Assembly (NCBI GenBank): GCA_963807635.1
Contig: CAWEDJ010000091.1
Location: 1 to 24,212 of the forward strand
Source: an uncultured cyanobacterium
Lineage (GTDB): Bacteria > Cyanobacteriota > Cyanobacteriia > Cyanobacteriales > Microcystaceae
Direction of reading: 5' to 3'
Length of the DNA: 24,212 nucleotides
The notes beneath the pieces are model-generated. The model was not told where the DNA came from. It made no database searches and saw only the letters and a list, made by a program, of their open reading frames with translations. Shown in pieces: positions 1 to 9,789 of the stretch. The stretch's first letter is position 1. Every line of letters begins with the position of its first letter. Position numbers and translations under genes: made by a program.

Positions 1-66
1 CCCTACCTAGACAGGGTCAGTAATCATTTTACTTAATTAACTTAAGTGACATATTCTAAAGATTTA

Positions 67-140
67 TGGACGTAACTGGATTCGAACCAGTGACCCCATC
101 GATGTCAACGATGTACTCTAACCAACTGAGCTATACGTCC
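67..140 (-). tRNA. trnV: tRNA-Val(GAC)
   Basis: Reverse complement GGACGTATAGCTCAGTTGGTTAGAGTACATCGTTGACATCGATGGGGTCACTGGTTCGAATCCAGTTACGTCCA folds as a cloverleaf. Anticodon stem CATCG/CGATG, loop TTGACAT, T-loop GTTCGAATC. CCA end not encoded. Confidence 0.97.
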
Positions 141-306
141 TTATAATTTGTCATCATATCATAGCTTAAACACTCAAGGCAATATGCTAGGGACAACTTT
201 TATGTATTGTTTATTTATAAGCTCGTGTGGCTGAATCACTAAGGTTTATAAAAGTTAAAACCTCATTTTCCCTAATATTCCTTTTATTGATGTAAGACTA
301 AACACC

Positions 307-834
307 ATGAATCAAACCCTAACACCGTTGATTTCTCCCGAAGAAATTTCAATCACGATTAAACGTCTAGCCAAGGAAATCAATCAAGATTACCAAAACC
401 GTCCTCTAACGATTTTGGGGATTCTTAAAGGCTCTTTTATTTTTATCGCTGATTTGGTTCGAGAAATCGATGCTCCCGTTGATAATATCGAATTTATCCA
501 ATTGTCCAGTTATCGGGAAAATACTGTTAGCGCGGGGAAAGCTTCCCTTTTATTGGATGTGGACACAAGACATATTCGAGGAAAACATATTCTAGTGGCG
601 GAAGATATCGTCGATACGGGAATTTCTACTACCACAGCCCTAGAACTTTTAATTCAAAAAGAACCTGCCTCTGTTAAGCTTTGCTCATTATTGGATAAAC
701 CAAGTCGCAGACAGAGGGAAGTAAAAATCGACTATTTAGGATTTTCGATTCCAGATTATTTTGTTCTAGGCTATGGATTAGACGTGGATCAAAAGTATCG
801 TCAATTACCAGGAATTCATTATTTTAAGGACTGA
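307..834 (+). CDS. hpt: Hypoxanthine phosphoribosyltransferase
   Basis: GILKGSFIF, PRPP-binding LVAEDIVDTG, SLLDKP, FVLGYGLD..QKYRQLP motifs. Confidence 0.95.
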   Translation: MNQTLTPLISPEEISITIKRLAKEINQDYQNRPLTILGILKGSFIFIADLVREIDAPVDNIEFIQLSSYRENTVSAGKASLLLDVDTRHIRGKHILVAEDIVDTGISTTTALELLIQKEPASVKLCSLLDKPSRRQREVKIDYLGFSIPDYFVLGYGLDVDQKYRQLPGIHYFKD

Positions 835-847
835 GTTCTAATAATTT

Positions 848-890
848 TAGGACTAAGCTTTGTAATTTTACGTTACGAACTTAGTCCCTA
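848..890. terminator. Imperfect hairpin just downstream of hpt (possible terminator/stabiliser between convergent genes)
   Basis: GGACTAAGcTTTGTAA ... TTACGAACTTAGTCC inverted repeat. Confidence 0.45.
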
Positions 891-1185
891 TATTTTGATA
901 TTCTATAATTTGGAAAATTCAATTACTAACGTTCTAATAAGGTGTTTGTTTTTTTGGCTAAGCTCGTTAATCCGTAAAGATTTGAGGCTATTTCGGAAAA
1001 GATTTTTACCAATCTTGTTCGATAGAAATTACAGGCTATTTTACAAAAATATTCTAAGAATATATTCTAAGATCTCCAATACGATTTCGAGATAAAAGGA
1101 CTCTTTTTTCTGAGGGAAGACAATGTTTTTTTCGTAGAAATTACAAAACCTAAGATACGGTATTCTACTCCGAATATCTACTGAT

Positions 1186-1542
1186 TTAAGCAACTAAATA
1201 TTCATCCAATGATAAAGTGGTGTTTAAGGATGATTGATAGGATTTTACGTCTTGAAAAATGGTAAAACTCTTTTCTAGTTGAGTGACTTCAAAAATAATC
1301 CTGACGGAAGGGGATAGAGCGCACAGGCTGAAATTTTTACCTAAGCCGATCGCTAATTGAAGAATCCTAACTAATGACATCAAACCTGTACTATCGAGAA
1401 AATCGATATTCTCCATATCTAATAATAAAGATTCTGTATGAGGCTGTTTGAGGGATTGAGTGAGTTCCATTTGAAGATCCTGAGAATTCATGGCGGTTAA
1501 CGAGCCATTCGGTTTGATAATGGTTGTTTTCGAGACTTTCAT
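1186..1542 (-). CDS. STAS-domain anti-sigma factor antagonist (SpoIIAA/RsbV-like)
   Basis: LLDMENIDFLDSTGL with phospho-acceptor Ser; VRIIFEVTQL; AAGGAG RBS upstream. Confidence 0.92.
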   Translation of the reverse strand: MKVSKTTIIKPNGSLTAMNSQDLQMELTQSLKQPHTESLLLDMENIDFLDSTGLMSLVRILQLAIGLGKNFSLCALSPSVRIIFEVTQLEKSFTIFQDVKSYQSSLNTTLSLDEYLVA

Positions 1543-1665
1543 TAACGTAACTCCTTAACTTAAGAGAATAAACGGTACAGGTTTTAATATATTTTCGGTC
1601 TATAGAGTAACCCTATGAGAGAAGAATTATTCGTACTAACTCCCGTATTTTGGATTGAGGATTTA

Positions 1666-1707
1666 ACCTTATCCTTTTTTTTGTTAAGAAATTGTAAAAA
1701 ATAATAC
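1666..1707 (-). promoter_or_regulatory. NtcA-type class II promoter upstream of the STAS gene
   Basis: Minus strand reads GTA-TTATTTTT-TAC (1707-1694), then exactly 22 nt, then TAAGGT (TA-N3-T, 1671-1666). Confidence 0.55.
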
Positions 1708-1768
1708 GATAGTCTTTTTTCTTAATTTAAGTGATTAGTTTATGCCATAAATTTTGATAAGAAGTCGG

Positions 1769-2422
1769 CTACTCTACTGGTGAATGTGTCACGAGGAAAA
1801 TTAATTTCTTTGCAATTTCAGGTAATGGCAAAATAAAATCAACGCTTCCTGTGGCGATCGCATTTTTGGGCATGGCTTTAAATTCAGCCGTTTCGGGATC
1901 TTGAACAATTACTTTTCCGCCCATTTGATGAATAGCGTTTACACCCATCGCGCCATCTTTTCCTGTTCCTGTCAACACCACTGCGATCGCCTTTTTTCCA
2001 TAGGATTCGGCGACCGACTTAAAGAGTATATCGGCAGAAGGACGAAGAAAATGAACCAGTTCCGTTTGAGTTAGGGAAAGGGTTCGAGCAGCGGAGATCA
2101 GAAGATGTTGATCGGGTGGTGCAATATAAATAGTGCCTGGTCGAGCTTGTTCTCCATTTTCGGCTGGTTTGATAGGTAACTCGGCCTTTCGTGCCAAGAT
2201 CTCTGCTAAATGGGAAACATACTTGGGGGAAAGGTGTTGAACAACCAAGATAGTAGAGGGAAAAGATGAGGGCAATTTCGCTAAAAGTTCTGACAGGGCA
2301 GTGACTCCCCCCGCCGATGAAGCGATCGCCACAACATCAAAAGCATCATTGAAAATGGGTCTGATTAGCTCTTTTTCTGACAATTGAAATATTTGTGTCT
2401 TTTTTTCCTTTTCACTAGTCAC
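1769..2422 (-). CDS. cheB: Stand-alone CheB-type methylesterase (no receiver domain)
   Basis: IASSAGG, VVQHL, RPSADILF, LTGTGKDG, MPKNAI motifs; GTG start. Confidence 0.9.
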   Translation of the reverse strand: MTSEKEKKTQIFQLSEKELIRPIFNDAFDVVAIASSAGGVTALSELLAKLPSSFPSTILVVQHLSPKYVSHLAEILARKAELPIKPAENGEQARPGTIYIAPPDQHLLISAARTLSLTQTELVHFLRPSADILFKSVAESYGKKAIAVVLTGTGKDGAMGVNAIHQMGGKVIVQDPETAEFKAMPKNAIATGSVDFILPLPEIAKKLIFLVTHSPVE

Positions 2423-2613
2423 ATTTGCTAATACTCTCTAATCAAATTTCGGGTAAGCTCAGATTCGATAGACTCATCATCACCTCAATTTTAGACTCAC
2501 AGCCAATTTCATGATGGAAAATCACTAAGAATTGCAATTTCTTTACAATAATCATCAACTTCTCTAACACGGCCCCCATTCAAGGAAATTCCCCCCGTAT
2601 CAAAAGACCCTAC

Positions 2614-2639
2614 AAAAAAAGGCGGGACTCAGCCCACCC
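2614..2639 (-). terminator. Rho-independent terminator of ndhB
   Basis: Minus strand GGTGGG-CTGAGT-CCCGCC followed by TTTTTTT. Confidence 0.75.
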
Positions 2640-2665
2640 TAAAAAATTTCAAATTCACAGTTTCC

Positions 2666-4214
2666 TTATTGGGGAAGAATCTGGGAAATCTTGGCTGACA
2701 AAGCCGCCGCCTGTAACATGGGGGTACTTGTAACCGAATCATTGGCCAAGGTAAATAAGGGATTCGCTAAAATCCCCGCCACAGAGGTGGCAATGACTGT
2801 AATAATTAAACCCACTTGCAAAGGACGCATTCCAGGTAAAGACCATTGCATTTCAGGATAATTCTTGATTACATCGGACATTTCCTGGGGTTCTTTGACC
2901 ACCATCATCTTGACCACACGGATATAGTAGTAAATCGACACCACACTGGTCAACAGACCCAATAGAACTAATCCATAAAGCCCTGCTTGCCAACCTACCC
3001 AAAAGAGGTAAATTTTCCCAAAAAATCCTGCTAAGGGAGGAATACCCCCCAAGGAAAGTAGGCAAATACTCAAACAAAGGGTTAATAAAGGATCTTTTTG
3101 ATAAAGTCCTGCATAATCACTGATTTGATCCGATCCTGTCCGTAGGGTAAAGAGAATAATGCCCGTAAAGGCTCCCAGGTTCATAAATAGGTAAATCAGT
3201 AGATAAAACACCATGCTGGAATAACCTTCGTCGGTTCCTGCGGTCAGACCAATCATGACGAACCCTGCTTGCCCAATAGAGGAATAGGCTAACATCCGTT
3301 TCATGCTGGTTTGGGCAAGAGCCACCACATTTCCTAAGACCATACTGAGGATCGCAAGGGCCATAAAAATGACTTTCCATTCATCGGTAATGACCGCAAA
3401 GGCGGTTACTAATAGACGAATGGCGAGGGCAAATCCTGCAGCCTTAGATCCGACGGAAAGAAAGGCAACCACAGGGGTAGGAGAACCTTCATACACATCG
3501 GGTGTCCATTGGTGGAAGGGAACGGCGGAAATTTTAAAGGCGATTCCTGCCACGACAAAAACGAGGGAAATGGCTAGTCCTAATGATTGACCCCCACTCA
3601 CATCGGTTAACTCTGGCCGCGATCGCGCTTAATTGGGTTTCGCCGCCCGACAGACCGTATAACAGGGAAAGCCCGTAGAGAAAAATGGCCGAACTCGAAG
3701 CTCCAATAAGCAGATATTTTAAAGCCGCTTCATTGGAACGGGGGTCACGCTTCATGTAGCCCGTCATTAGGTAAGACGAGATACTCAGCATTTCCAAGGA
3801 AATAAAAATCATCACCAATTCGTTTGCCGAGCAGAGGAACATCGCCCCCAGGGTGGCAGTTAACATAATGGCAATAAATTCAGCCAGAGCCGTTCCCGTT
3901 TGTTCCACATACCGCACGGACATCAAAAGAGTAACGGCAGTAGAAAGGGCAATAATCCCTCTAAAAACAACGCTGATATTGTCGCTATTAAACGATCCTA
4001 AAAAGCTAATGGGATCAGCCGCATTCCAGCCAAAAACTAAGGCAACGGTGGCAGCCAATAATCCCGCGATCGCTACATAGGGCAACCAACGGGCAGAACT
4101 GCGTCCCACAATTAAATCCCCCACCAGAACGAGAATGAGGGTGACAGTAATAATACCTTCGGGCAAAATAGTCCCGGCATTTAGTTGAGTAGCAATGTTA
4201 CTAGAAAAATCCAT
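2666..4214 (-). CDS. ndhB: NAD(P)H-quinone oxidoreductase subunit 2 (NdhB/NuoN); one apparent frameshift near 3610
   Basis: ORFs 3534..4226 (MDFSSNIA.., [14 protein letters not shown]) and 2666..3601 ([30 protein letters not shown]) join if one base is removed near 3610 ([16 protein letters not shown]). Confidence 0.93.
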
Positions 4215-4304
4215 AAGTCCAACCAAAAAAAGCCTAACAATCAGCTTAAGCCATTTAAGCGTAACTTATTCTAGTCAATTAGAGTTTTTTTGAATGATAT
4301 CCAT

Positions 4305-5261
4305 TTAATGGCAGGGGGTTGATCCTTTATCGGTAAAGCTATCCCCTGCGATCGGGATTAATTCCCAATCATAACTTTTGGGATGGAGAGCCACTTTCAG
4401 CACGCCGTAGCTTTCATTATCACGAACTTCACTATTAGCGCGGATGGTTTTAAAGGGATAGAGATTTTTACCGCCATTGCCGATGACAATTTGTCGAATC
4501 CCCTTTTGAGGATCGGCCTTTTCGTCTAAGCCCTGGGGTGCAAATCGTTCATAACTGTGGTCGTGACCCGATAGTACTAATTCGGCCCCTGCGTCGTACA
4601 AATCCTTCCAAAGGTCTTCAACGATCTTGTTGTTTCCGTGAGTTCCAGAAGAAAAGCGGGGATGATGCCAATAGGCGAGAGTGCAAGCTTTCGGATTTTT
4701 CTTTAAATCGGCTTTTAACCATTTTTCCTGGGGAGAACCGACGTTACAACCGCCGATCGCCTTACAATTCGAGTTCAGGGCAATCAAATGCCAATTCCCC
4801 AAGTTGTAACTGTAATAGCCTTTGTCGCGATCGCCTGCGGTCTTACCGAAATATTTATAGTAACCTTCGCCGTTATTGCCGTAATATTCATGATTCCCAG
4901 CAACAGGACGGGTAATAGACTTAAATCTTCCCCAGGTGGGATCATAAGATGCTTGAAAATTGGCAAATTCACCCTTTTCGTACTGATTATCCCCTAATGC
5001 CAAAACCGCATTGGGTTTCGCCTTGATAATGACATCAGAGGTTGCCATCATCTGACAATTGCCATTTTTTCCCTTGCCACCGTTAAAATTAGAACTTTGG
5101 GGATCGCAAGCGATATCTCCCGCCGCGATAATGATAGGGTCTCTCGTCGTTGAAGTTGCCGCCTGGACAACAAAGCCAGCATTCAGCACCAAACTAACGA
5201 TTAACCCTAATGCGATTAGAATGACAAAAATTAAGCGTCTAGGTAAGCGTAGATCTATCAT
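4305..5261 (-). CDS. Exported calcineurin-like metallophosphoesterase (acid/alkaline phosphatase-like)
   Basis: N-terminal hydrophobic signal; GDIA, GDNQY, GNHE, WHHP, GHDH metal-binding motifs. Confidence 0.9.
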   Translation of the reverse strand: MIDLRLPRRLIFVILIALGLIVSLVLNAGFVVQAATSTTRDPIIIAAGDIACDPQSSNFNGGKGKNGNCQMMATSDVIIKAKPNAVLALGDNQYEKGEFANFQASYDPTWGRFKSITRPVAGNHEYYGNNGEGYYKYFGKTAGDRDKGYYSYNLGNWHLIALNSNCKAIGGCNVGSPQEKWLKADLKKNPKACTLAYWHHPRFSSGTHGNNKIVEDLWKDLYDAGAELVLSGHDHSYERFAPQGLDEKADPQKGIRQIVIGNGGKNLYPFKTIRANSEVRDNESYGVLKVALHPKSYDWELIPIAGDSFTDKGSTPCH

Positions 5262-5280
5262 CAGAAACTAACGTTAAGGT

Positions 5281-5420
5281 TTAACGCCCCATTTTTTTAT
5301 CCTGATCTTGACGACGGCGATCGCGCCATTCTAAAGTTGTGAGATAGAGGATACCGCCGCTCACTATAATTAAAAGAGCGAAGCCGACCAAAAAAGTGTG
5401 ATTAGTAATGTTGTTTCCAC
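5281..5420 (-). CDS. Small single-TM protein (~46 aa), METTLLITLFLVGFALLIIVSGGILYLTTLEWRDRRRQDQDKKMGR, after restoring one T in a T6 run
   Basis: GTG start 2 nt after the petN stop; hydrophobic helix followed by EWRDRRR basic tail; frame break at the homopolymer 5390-5395; not in ORF track. Confidence 0.65.
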
Positions 5421-5422
5421 TG

Positions 5423-5512
5423 TTAGAAACCGTCACGACCCCAAACGACCATCGCAATAGACCAGGTAAATAAAGCCAAGACGCTCACCCAACCTAATGT
5501 CAAAATATCCAT
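5423..5512 (-). CDS. petN: Cytochrome b6f complex subunit 8 (PetN), 29 aa
   Basis: Translates [29 protein letters not shown], matching cyanobacterial PetN; too short for the ORF track. Confidence 0.96.
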   Translation of the reverse strand: MDILTLGWVSVLALFTWSIAMVVWGRDGF

Positions 5513-5574
5513 AGCTGACTGCCTTACGTTAAGATTAACAATTTTCAACGACAACAAAACTATGATACGTCTAT

Positions 5575-6006
5575 TTGGGTATGTTTGAGAACACAGAGTC
5601 AATGGAAATTACGCTAAAAGAACGGATCGAATCGCTGAAAGCGGGTGGCATCGCAGGAACAGCCTTTGGAATGACCTATGGGCTATCGGTTTTGGTGAAT
5701 CAGGCCTTTGGTCTAAATACTGAAGAAACTTTGATTAAATTGGCGATCGCTTTGTTGAGTGGCTTTTTATTTGGTGTCACCTATCGCTACATTATTCGCA
5801 CGGATAGCAATTCTCACCTCAAGGAGGGAGCTATTCTCGCCTTTGGGCTGGTACGGGGGGGAGGACTGGCGGAAATGACCGATCCACTGTTAGATAATGG
5901 TGTTTTTTTAGCGATCATTTTATTAGAAGGAATAATTGGTTTCGCGATCGCCCGTTTCTGTTTAGATATCGCTCTTTCTCGACAATGGCTAAAACCCTTT
6001 AGTTGA
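5575..6006 (+). CDS. Hypothetical multi-pass membrane protein (start may be ATG 5581 or 5602)
   Basis: Several Gly-rich hydrophobic segments; [11 protein letters not shown] and AFGLVRG motifs; divergent from petN. Confidence 0.75.
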   Translation: MGMFENTESMEITLKERIESLKAGGIAGTAFGMTYGLSVLVNQAFGLNTEETLIKLAIALLSGFLFGVTYRYIIRTDSNSHLKEGAILAFGLVRGGGLAEMTDPLLDNGVFLAIILLEGIIGFAIARFCLDIALSRQWLKPFS

Positions 6007-6020
6007 AAATATTTATGCAC

Positions 6021-6061
6021 AAAAAAAGCAAAAGCAACGACAAAACGTTAAACTTTTGCTC
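6021..6061 (-). terminator. Rho-independent terminator of rpsB-tsf
   Basis: Minus strand AGCAAAAG..AACG....CGTT..CTTTTGCT followed by a T-run. Confidence 0.65.
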
Positions 6062-6101
6062 TTTCCGTCGGGGAGAAAGCTTACTCCCTTTTGAGGGAAA
6101 C

Positions 6102-6845
6102 CTACTTTTTCTTCTTACCGCCTTTACCTGATGTTGCGGGAGGAGCTTCTTCCGTTTTTACCGCTTCAGGAGGAGTTTCAGTCGCAACTTTTTGTGCTGT
6201 TTGAGCGGCAACTTCTTCCGCAAAACTGAGGGATTCTTTTTCGATCCCCTCACCCAAATTAAAACGAGTAAAGCGACGAATTTGGATATTTTCACCCAAT
6301 TCAGCAACACTGCGCTTAACTAATTCTTCGATCGGAATGTTTTGATCTTTAATGAAGGGTTGCTCTACGAGGGCAAGTTCCTTGAGTCGTTTGTCAATCC
6401 GACCCTGGACAATTTTCTCTTTGATATTTTCGGGTTTATTACCCAAATCATCGCGACCCATTTCGATTTCTTTTTCTTTGGCCGCAATGCTCGCAGGAAT
6501 GTCTTCTACTTTAATAAATTCCACATTAGGACAGGCCGCAATTTGCATCGCAATATTGTTGACCAATTCCTTGAATTTCTCGCCCCGTGCCACAAAATCC
6601 GTTTCGCAGTTGACTTCGACTAAAACACCAATGCGTCCGCCAAAGTGGATATAGCTGTGTACTAGCCCTTCTGCGGCGGTGCGTCCTGCTTTTTTCTCAG
6701 CAGAAGAGATGCCTTTTTGACGAAGCCATTCGATGGATTTCGTAATATCTCCGTCATTTTCACCCAACGCTTTTTTGCAGTCCATCATGCCCGCGCCAGT
6801 TTTGTCACGGAGTTCTTTAACTAGTTTTGCCGAAATTTCTGCCAT
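6102..6845 (-). CDS. tsf: Elongation factor Ts
   Basis: [29 protein letters not shown]. Confidence 0.98.
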   Translation of the reverse strand: MAEISAKLVKELRDKTGAGMMDCKKALGENDGDITKSIEWLRQKGISSAEKKAGRTAAEGLVHSYIHFGGRIGVLVEVNCETDFVARGEKFKELVNNIAMQIAACPNVEFIKVEDIPASIAAKEKEIEMGRDDLGNKPENIKEKIVQGRIDKRLKELALVEQPFIKDQNIPIEELVKRSVAELGENIQIRRFTRFNLGEGIEKESLSFAEEVAAQTAQKVATETPPEAVKTEEAPPATSGKGGKKKK

Positions 6846-6960
6846 TTTAATGTTTCCTAATGTCCTGATCTTAATATTTCATGATGACATAAGATAGGAA
6901 GTCTGAGAAAAAAGGGTGATCTTCCTAACAAACTTCTATCTTAATTGAACTTACTAAAAA

Positions 6961-7764
6961 TTATGCCACTTCACTGCTGTCAGGGTCGTCGATGTCCTCA
7001 TCACTGAGATCAGCATCAACAAACTCTTGCTCGTCGCTTAATTCATCTTCAAATTCTTCATAGTCCTCGTCGGTAGCGAGTTGGCCATGACGACCTTCGT
7101 AGATAGCATCAGCAAGTTTACCTAAAATCAGCTTAATCGAACGAATAGCATCGTCGTTAGCGGGAATGGGGATATCAACGGCATCGGGGTCACAGTTAGT
7201 GTCTAACAAAGAAATGATGGGAATGCCTAATTTTTGGCATTCTTGAATGGCGTTATATTCCCGACGTTGATCGACAATGACGACCACATCAGGGATTTTT
7301 CGCATGGTTTTAATCCCACCGAGATATTTTTGCAGTTTACCCAGTTCCCGACGAAGAACCGAAGCTTCTTTTTTGGGACGGCGATCGAGCGCACCACTGT
7401 TTTCTAGGTTTTCTAACTCTTTGAGGCGTTCTACCCGATTGCGGATGGTTTCCCAATTGGTGAGCATTCCCCCTAACCAGCGTTGGTTAACAAAGTTAGC
7501 ACCACAACGATGGGCTTCCTGGGCAATAATGCCAGAGGCTTGGCGTTTGGTTCCGATAAAGAGAAAACGTTTACCTTGTTCGGAGGATTTGCGGACGTAA
7601 TCGTAGGCATCTTCGATCAACTGGGCGGTTTGTACCAAGTCAATGATATGTACCCCATTACGGGCAGTGTAGATGTAGGGAGCCATGCGGGGGTTCCAAC
7701 GTCGGGTTTGATGCCCAAAGTGAACTCCTGACTCCAACAATTCAGCGAGAGAAACGACGGCCAT
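6961..7764 (-). CDS. rpsB: 30S ribosomal protein S2
   Basis: [34 protein letters not shown]. Confidence 0.99.
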   Translation of the reverse strand: MAVVSLAELLESGVHFGHQTRRWNPRMAPYIYTARNGVHIIDLVQTAQLIEDAYDYVRKSSEQGKRFLFIGTKRQASGIIAQEAHRCGANFVNQRWLGGMLTNWETIRNRVERLKELENLENSGALDRRPKKEASVLRRELGKLQKYLGGIKTMRKIPDVVVIVDQRREYNAIQECQKLGIPIISLLDTNCDPDAVDIPIPANDDAIRSIKLILGKLADAIYEGRHGQLATDEDYEEFEDELSDEQEFVDADLSDEDIDDPDSSEVA

Positions 7765-7850
7765 ATTAATTGTCTCCTATTCGGGTTTAGCCTCCATTCA
7801 GGTGGATTTCCGTGTCAGAAACACCCGAAAGCCTGAATGTGCGATTTTAT
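7765..7850 (-). promoter_or_regulatory. rpsB 5' leader (S2 autoregulatory RNA structure)
   Basis: Minus strand CACATTCAGG..CGGGTG..CCTGAATGGAGGCTAAACCCG: long stem plus GGGT/ACCC pseudoknot-like pairing and a GGAGG pseudo-SD, as in S2 leaders. Confidence 0.7.
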
Positions 7851-8166
7851 ACAACCTTCCCAGTTTAGCAGATGGGGCAGAGGATATTCTTTTTTTAGGA
7901 TTTTTTTAAAATTGAGGTGGTGACAAAATCCCTAGAAGTTCTTCGACGGCTATTTTTCTATCTTGGGTCACTTATCAGGATTTAACTAGCTTTTATTCAA
8001 GTAATAATCTATATTTTGGGGATTGATCCATTAGAATAGGAACCTAATAATATTTTTTGCGATCGCGCATTGCCGTCTTGCAATCGCCACTAGGTGAATA
8101 AACGTCACGATGCGATTCAAGTTTAATCTTTTTGTAAACTTTCCGATTGACAATGAACGAGGAGAA

Positions 8167-9012
8167 ATGGACTGGACAAAATCTTTGCAGAAAATTGAAT
8201 ATTGGCTAGTCGCCCTTAGTGGGAGTCTGATTTTACTACATTTAACCCTAATTGACAAATCCCAGAACGAAAACTTATTTAGTCTGGCCGCTCTGACCTG
8301 GTTGACCATCGCCTCTTTGCTTTGGGATAGGCGAAAAAAACTGATCCTAGAGAGTGATACGGCTTCGACTTTTGTGGGAATGATTTTAGTGGTGTTAACG
8401 ATTGTTAGAAATCTGACCACAACGGACTCTTCCTTGCGTCTATTTCCCTTGATCGCTGGAGTGGGGGTGATCTTAATTGCCTCTGGATTTAAGTCTTTAA
8501 AGAGCTATGGAAAAGAAATATTTTTATTAAGTTTACTCTTATTTTTGCGATTGGTGACGATTGTTCTCCACGCCTTTGATTTACCACTACTGACCGCTAA
8601 AGTATCGGCGTTTATGCTCTGGTTTGTTGGGTTTGATGTGGTTCGTCAGGGAGTGATCATTGCTCTTCCGACGGGACGAGTGGAAGTGTATGGTGCCTGC
8701 TCTGGAGTCGAAAGTATTGTTTTAATGCTCTGTATTGCGATACTTTTCTTTTTCTTGATTTCTATTAGTCATTGGCAAAAAGTGGTTTGTATTGCGATCG
8801 CCGTTGCCCTCGGTTTTATGGTCAATGCGTTTCGAGTGGCCTTACTCGCCTTTTTTGTCGATGTTCAGCAACCCAAGGCCTTTGACTACTGGCATAGTTC
8901 CGATGGCAGCTTATCATTTGCCATTCTTTCTGTGTTTATTTTCGGAATATTTTGTTGGTTCGTCTATGTTCGCCATCTAGATCCTTCATCTGCAATGGAG
9001 AAAGGAAAATAA
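8167..9012 (+). CDS. crtA: Cyanoexosortase A (exosortase/archaeosortase family transpeptidase)
   Basis: Multi-TM; VEVYGACSG (Cys), VNAFRVALL (Arg), FDYWH (His) catalytic residues; start likely ATG 8167 after GAGGAG. Confidence 0.9.
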   Translation: MDWTKSLQKIEYWLVALSGSLILLHLTLIDKSQNENLFSLAALTWLTIASLLWDRRKKLILESDTASTFVGMILVVLTIVRNLTTTDSSLRLFPLIAGVGVILIASGFKSLKSYGKEIFLLSLLLFLRLVTIVLHAFDLPLLTAKVSAFMLWFVGFDVVRQGVIIALPTGRVEVYGACSGVESIVLMLCIAILFFFLISISHWQKVVCIAIAVALGFMVNAFRVALLAFFVDVQQPKAFDYWHSSDGSLSFAILSVFIFGIFCWFVYVRHLDPSSAMEKGK

Positions 9013-9014
9013 TC

Positions 9015-9722
9015 ATGACCTTAACCACTAATCGTTGGCAAACCATCAGAATCGGTGTCTGTGCCTTGCTATTGGCGGGAATATTGCTAGAAACGGGCAG
9101 AGCTTTATTGATGCCGACGGTGGACAAAAACAAAATAGCCGCTACCACCGCTAAAGCGATTCAGTTTCCCGCGAAGATCCCCCTTTCTGATTGGCAATTC
9201 GTCAACAGTAAGTCTATTGAAGCATCAGAAGGAAGAGCGGTTGGTCATCTTTATCAGTATCGCAATCAAGATAACAACATAGTCGATATTCAAGTTCATT
9301 ATGAGAATTATGCGGAAGGAAATATTGCCCGACTCATGATGATTCATGGCATTGCCCCTCCCGCTTCCACCGTATTAACGATTAAAGAACAATACCGTAC
9401 TGGTTTTTATGCGTTAACGTCCTACAATAACCGAGCTTATCTCAGTGCTTGTATTAACCCCGTTGGTAAAAGTACCGCAACGTCGGAGCAATTTACAAAA
9501 AATAAATATGAACACGGCTTCAGTTTTCCGAGAACTCTCGGATGGTTCGCTGGATTCAATGATTTAGTTGATGCCCATTGTTTATGGACCGCGATTTCGA
9601 TTCCGATTCCTGTCAATGTTGATGAAGCTTTATTAGCCGAAAAATATCAAACCTTAGAAACGATTTGGAGTCAGTGGTATGACTGGTGGCAACCTAATAT
9701 GAAAAAATTAGAGGCACAATAG
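9015..9722 (+). CDS. Cyanoexosortase A system-associated protein
   Basis: Starts 2 nt after crtA stop; N-terminal TM; FP..IPLSDWQ, AYLSACINP.G.ST.T..QF, CLW, W.QWY.WWQ motifs. Confidence 0.85.
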   Translation: MTLTTNRWQTIRIGVCALLLAGILLETGRALLMPTVDKNKIAATTAKAIQFPAKIPLSDWQFVNSKSIEASEGRAVGHLYQYRNQDNNIVDIQVHYENYAEGNIARLMMIHGIAPPASTVLTIKEQYRTGFYALTSYNNRAYLSACINPVGKSTATSEQFTKNKYEHGFSFPRTLGWFAGFNDLVDAHCLWTAISIPIPVNVDEALLAEKYQTLETIWSQWYDWWQPNMKKLEAQ

Positions 9723-9789
9723 TCAATTTTACGTTTTTCTAGATATTAATTGTTCATGATATTTATTTTGATTGGCACACGAAAAATTT

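Noticed and set aside
67..140. tRNA-Val as an integration site
   Set aside because: No integrase and no duplicated tRNA 3' end within the window; only 66 nt visible downstream
895..1095. 66-aa ORF between hpt and STAS
   Set aside because: TTG start, no RBS, AT-rich low-complexity intergenic sequence, no recognisable motif
980..1150. Short direct repeats (TATTCTAAGA x2, TAGAAATTACA x2, AGGCTATTT x2)
   Set aside because: Only 9-11 bp, irregularly spaced, in AT-rich DNA; not a CRISPR array or iteron set
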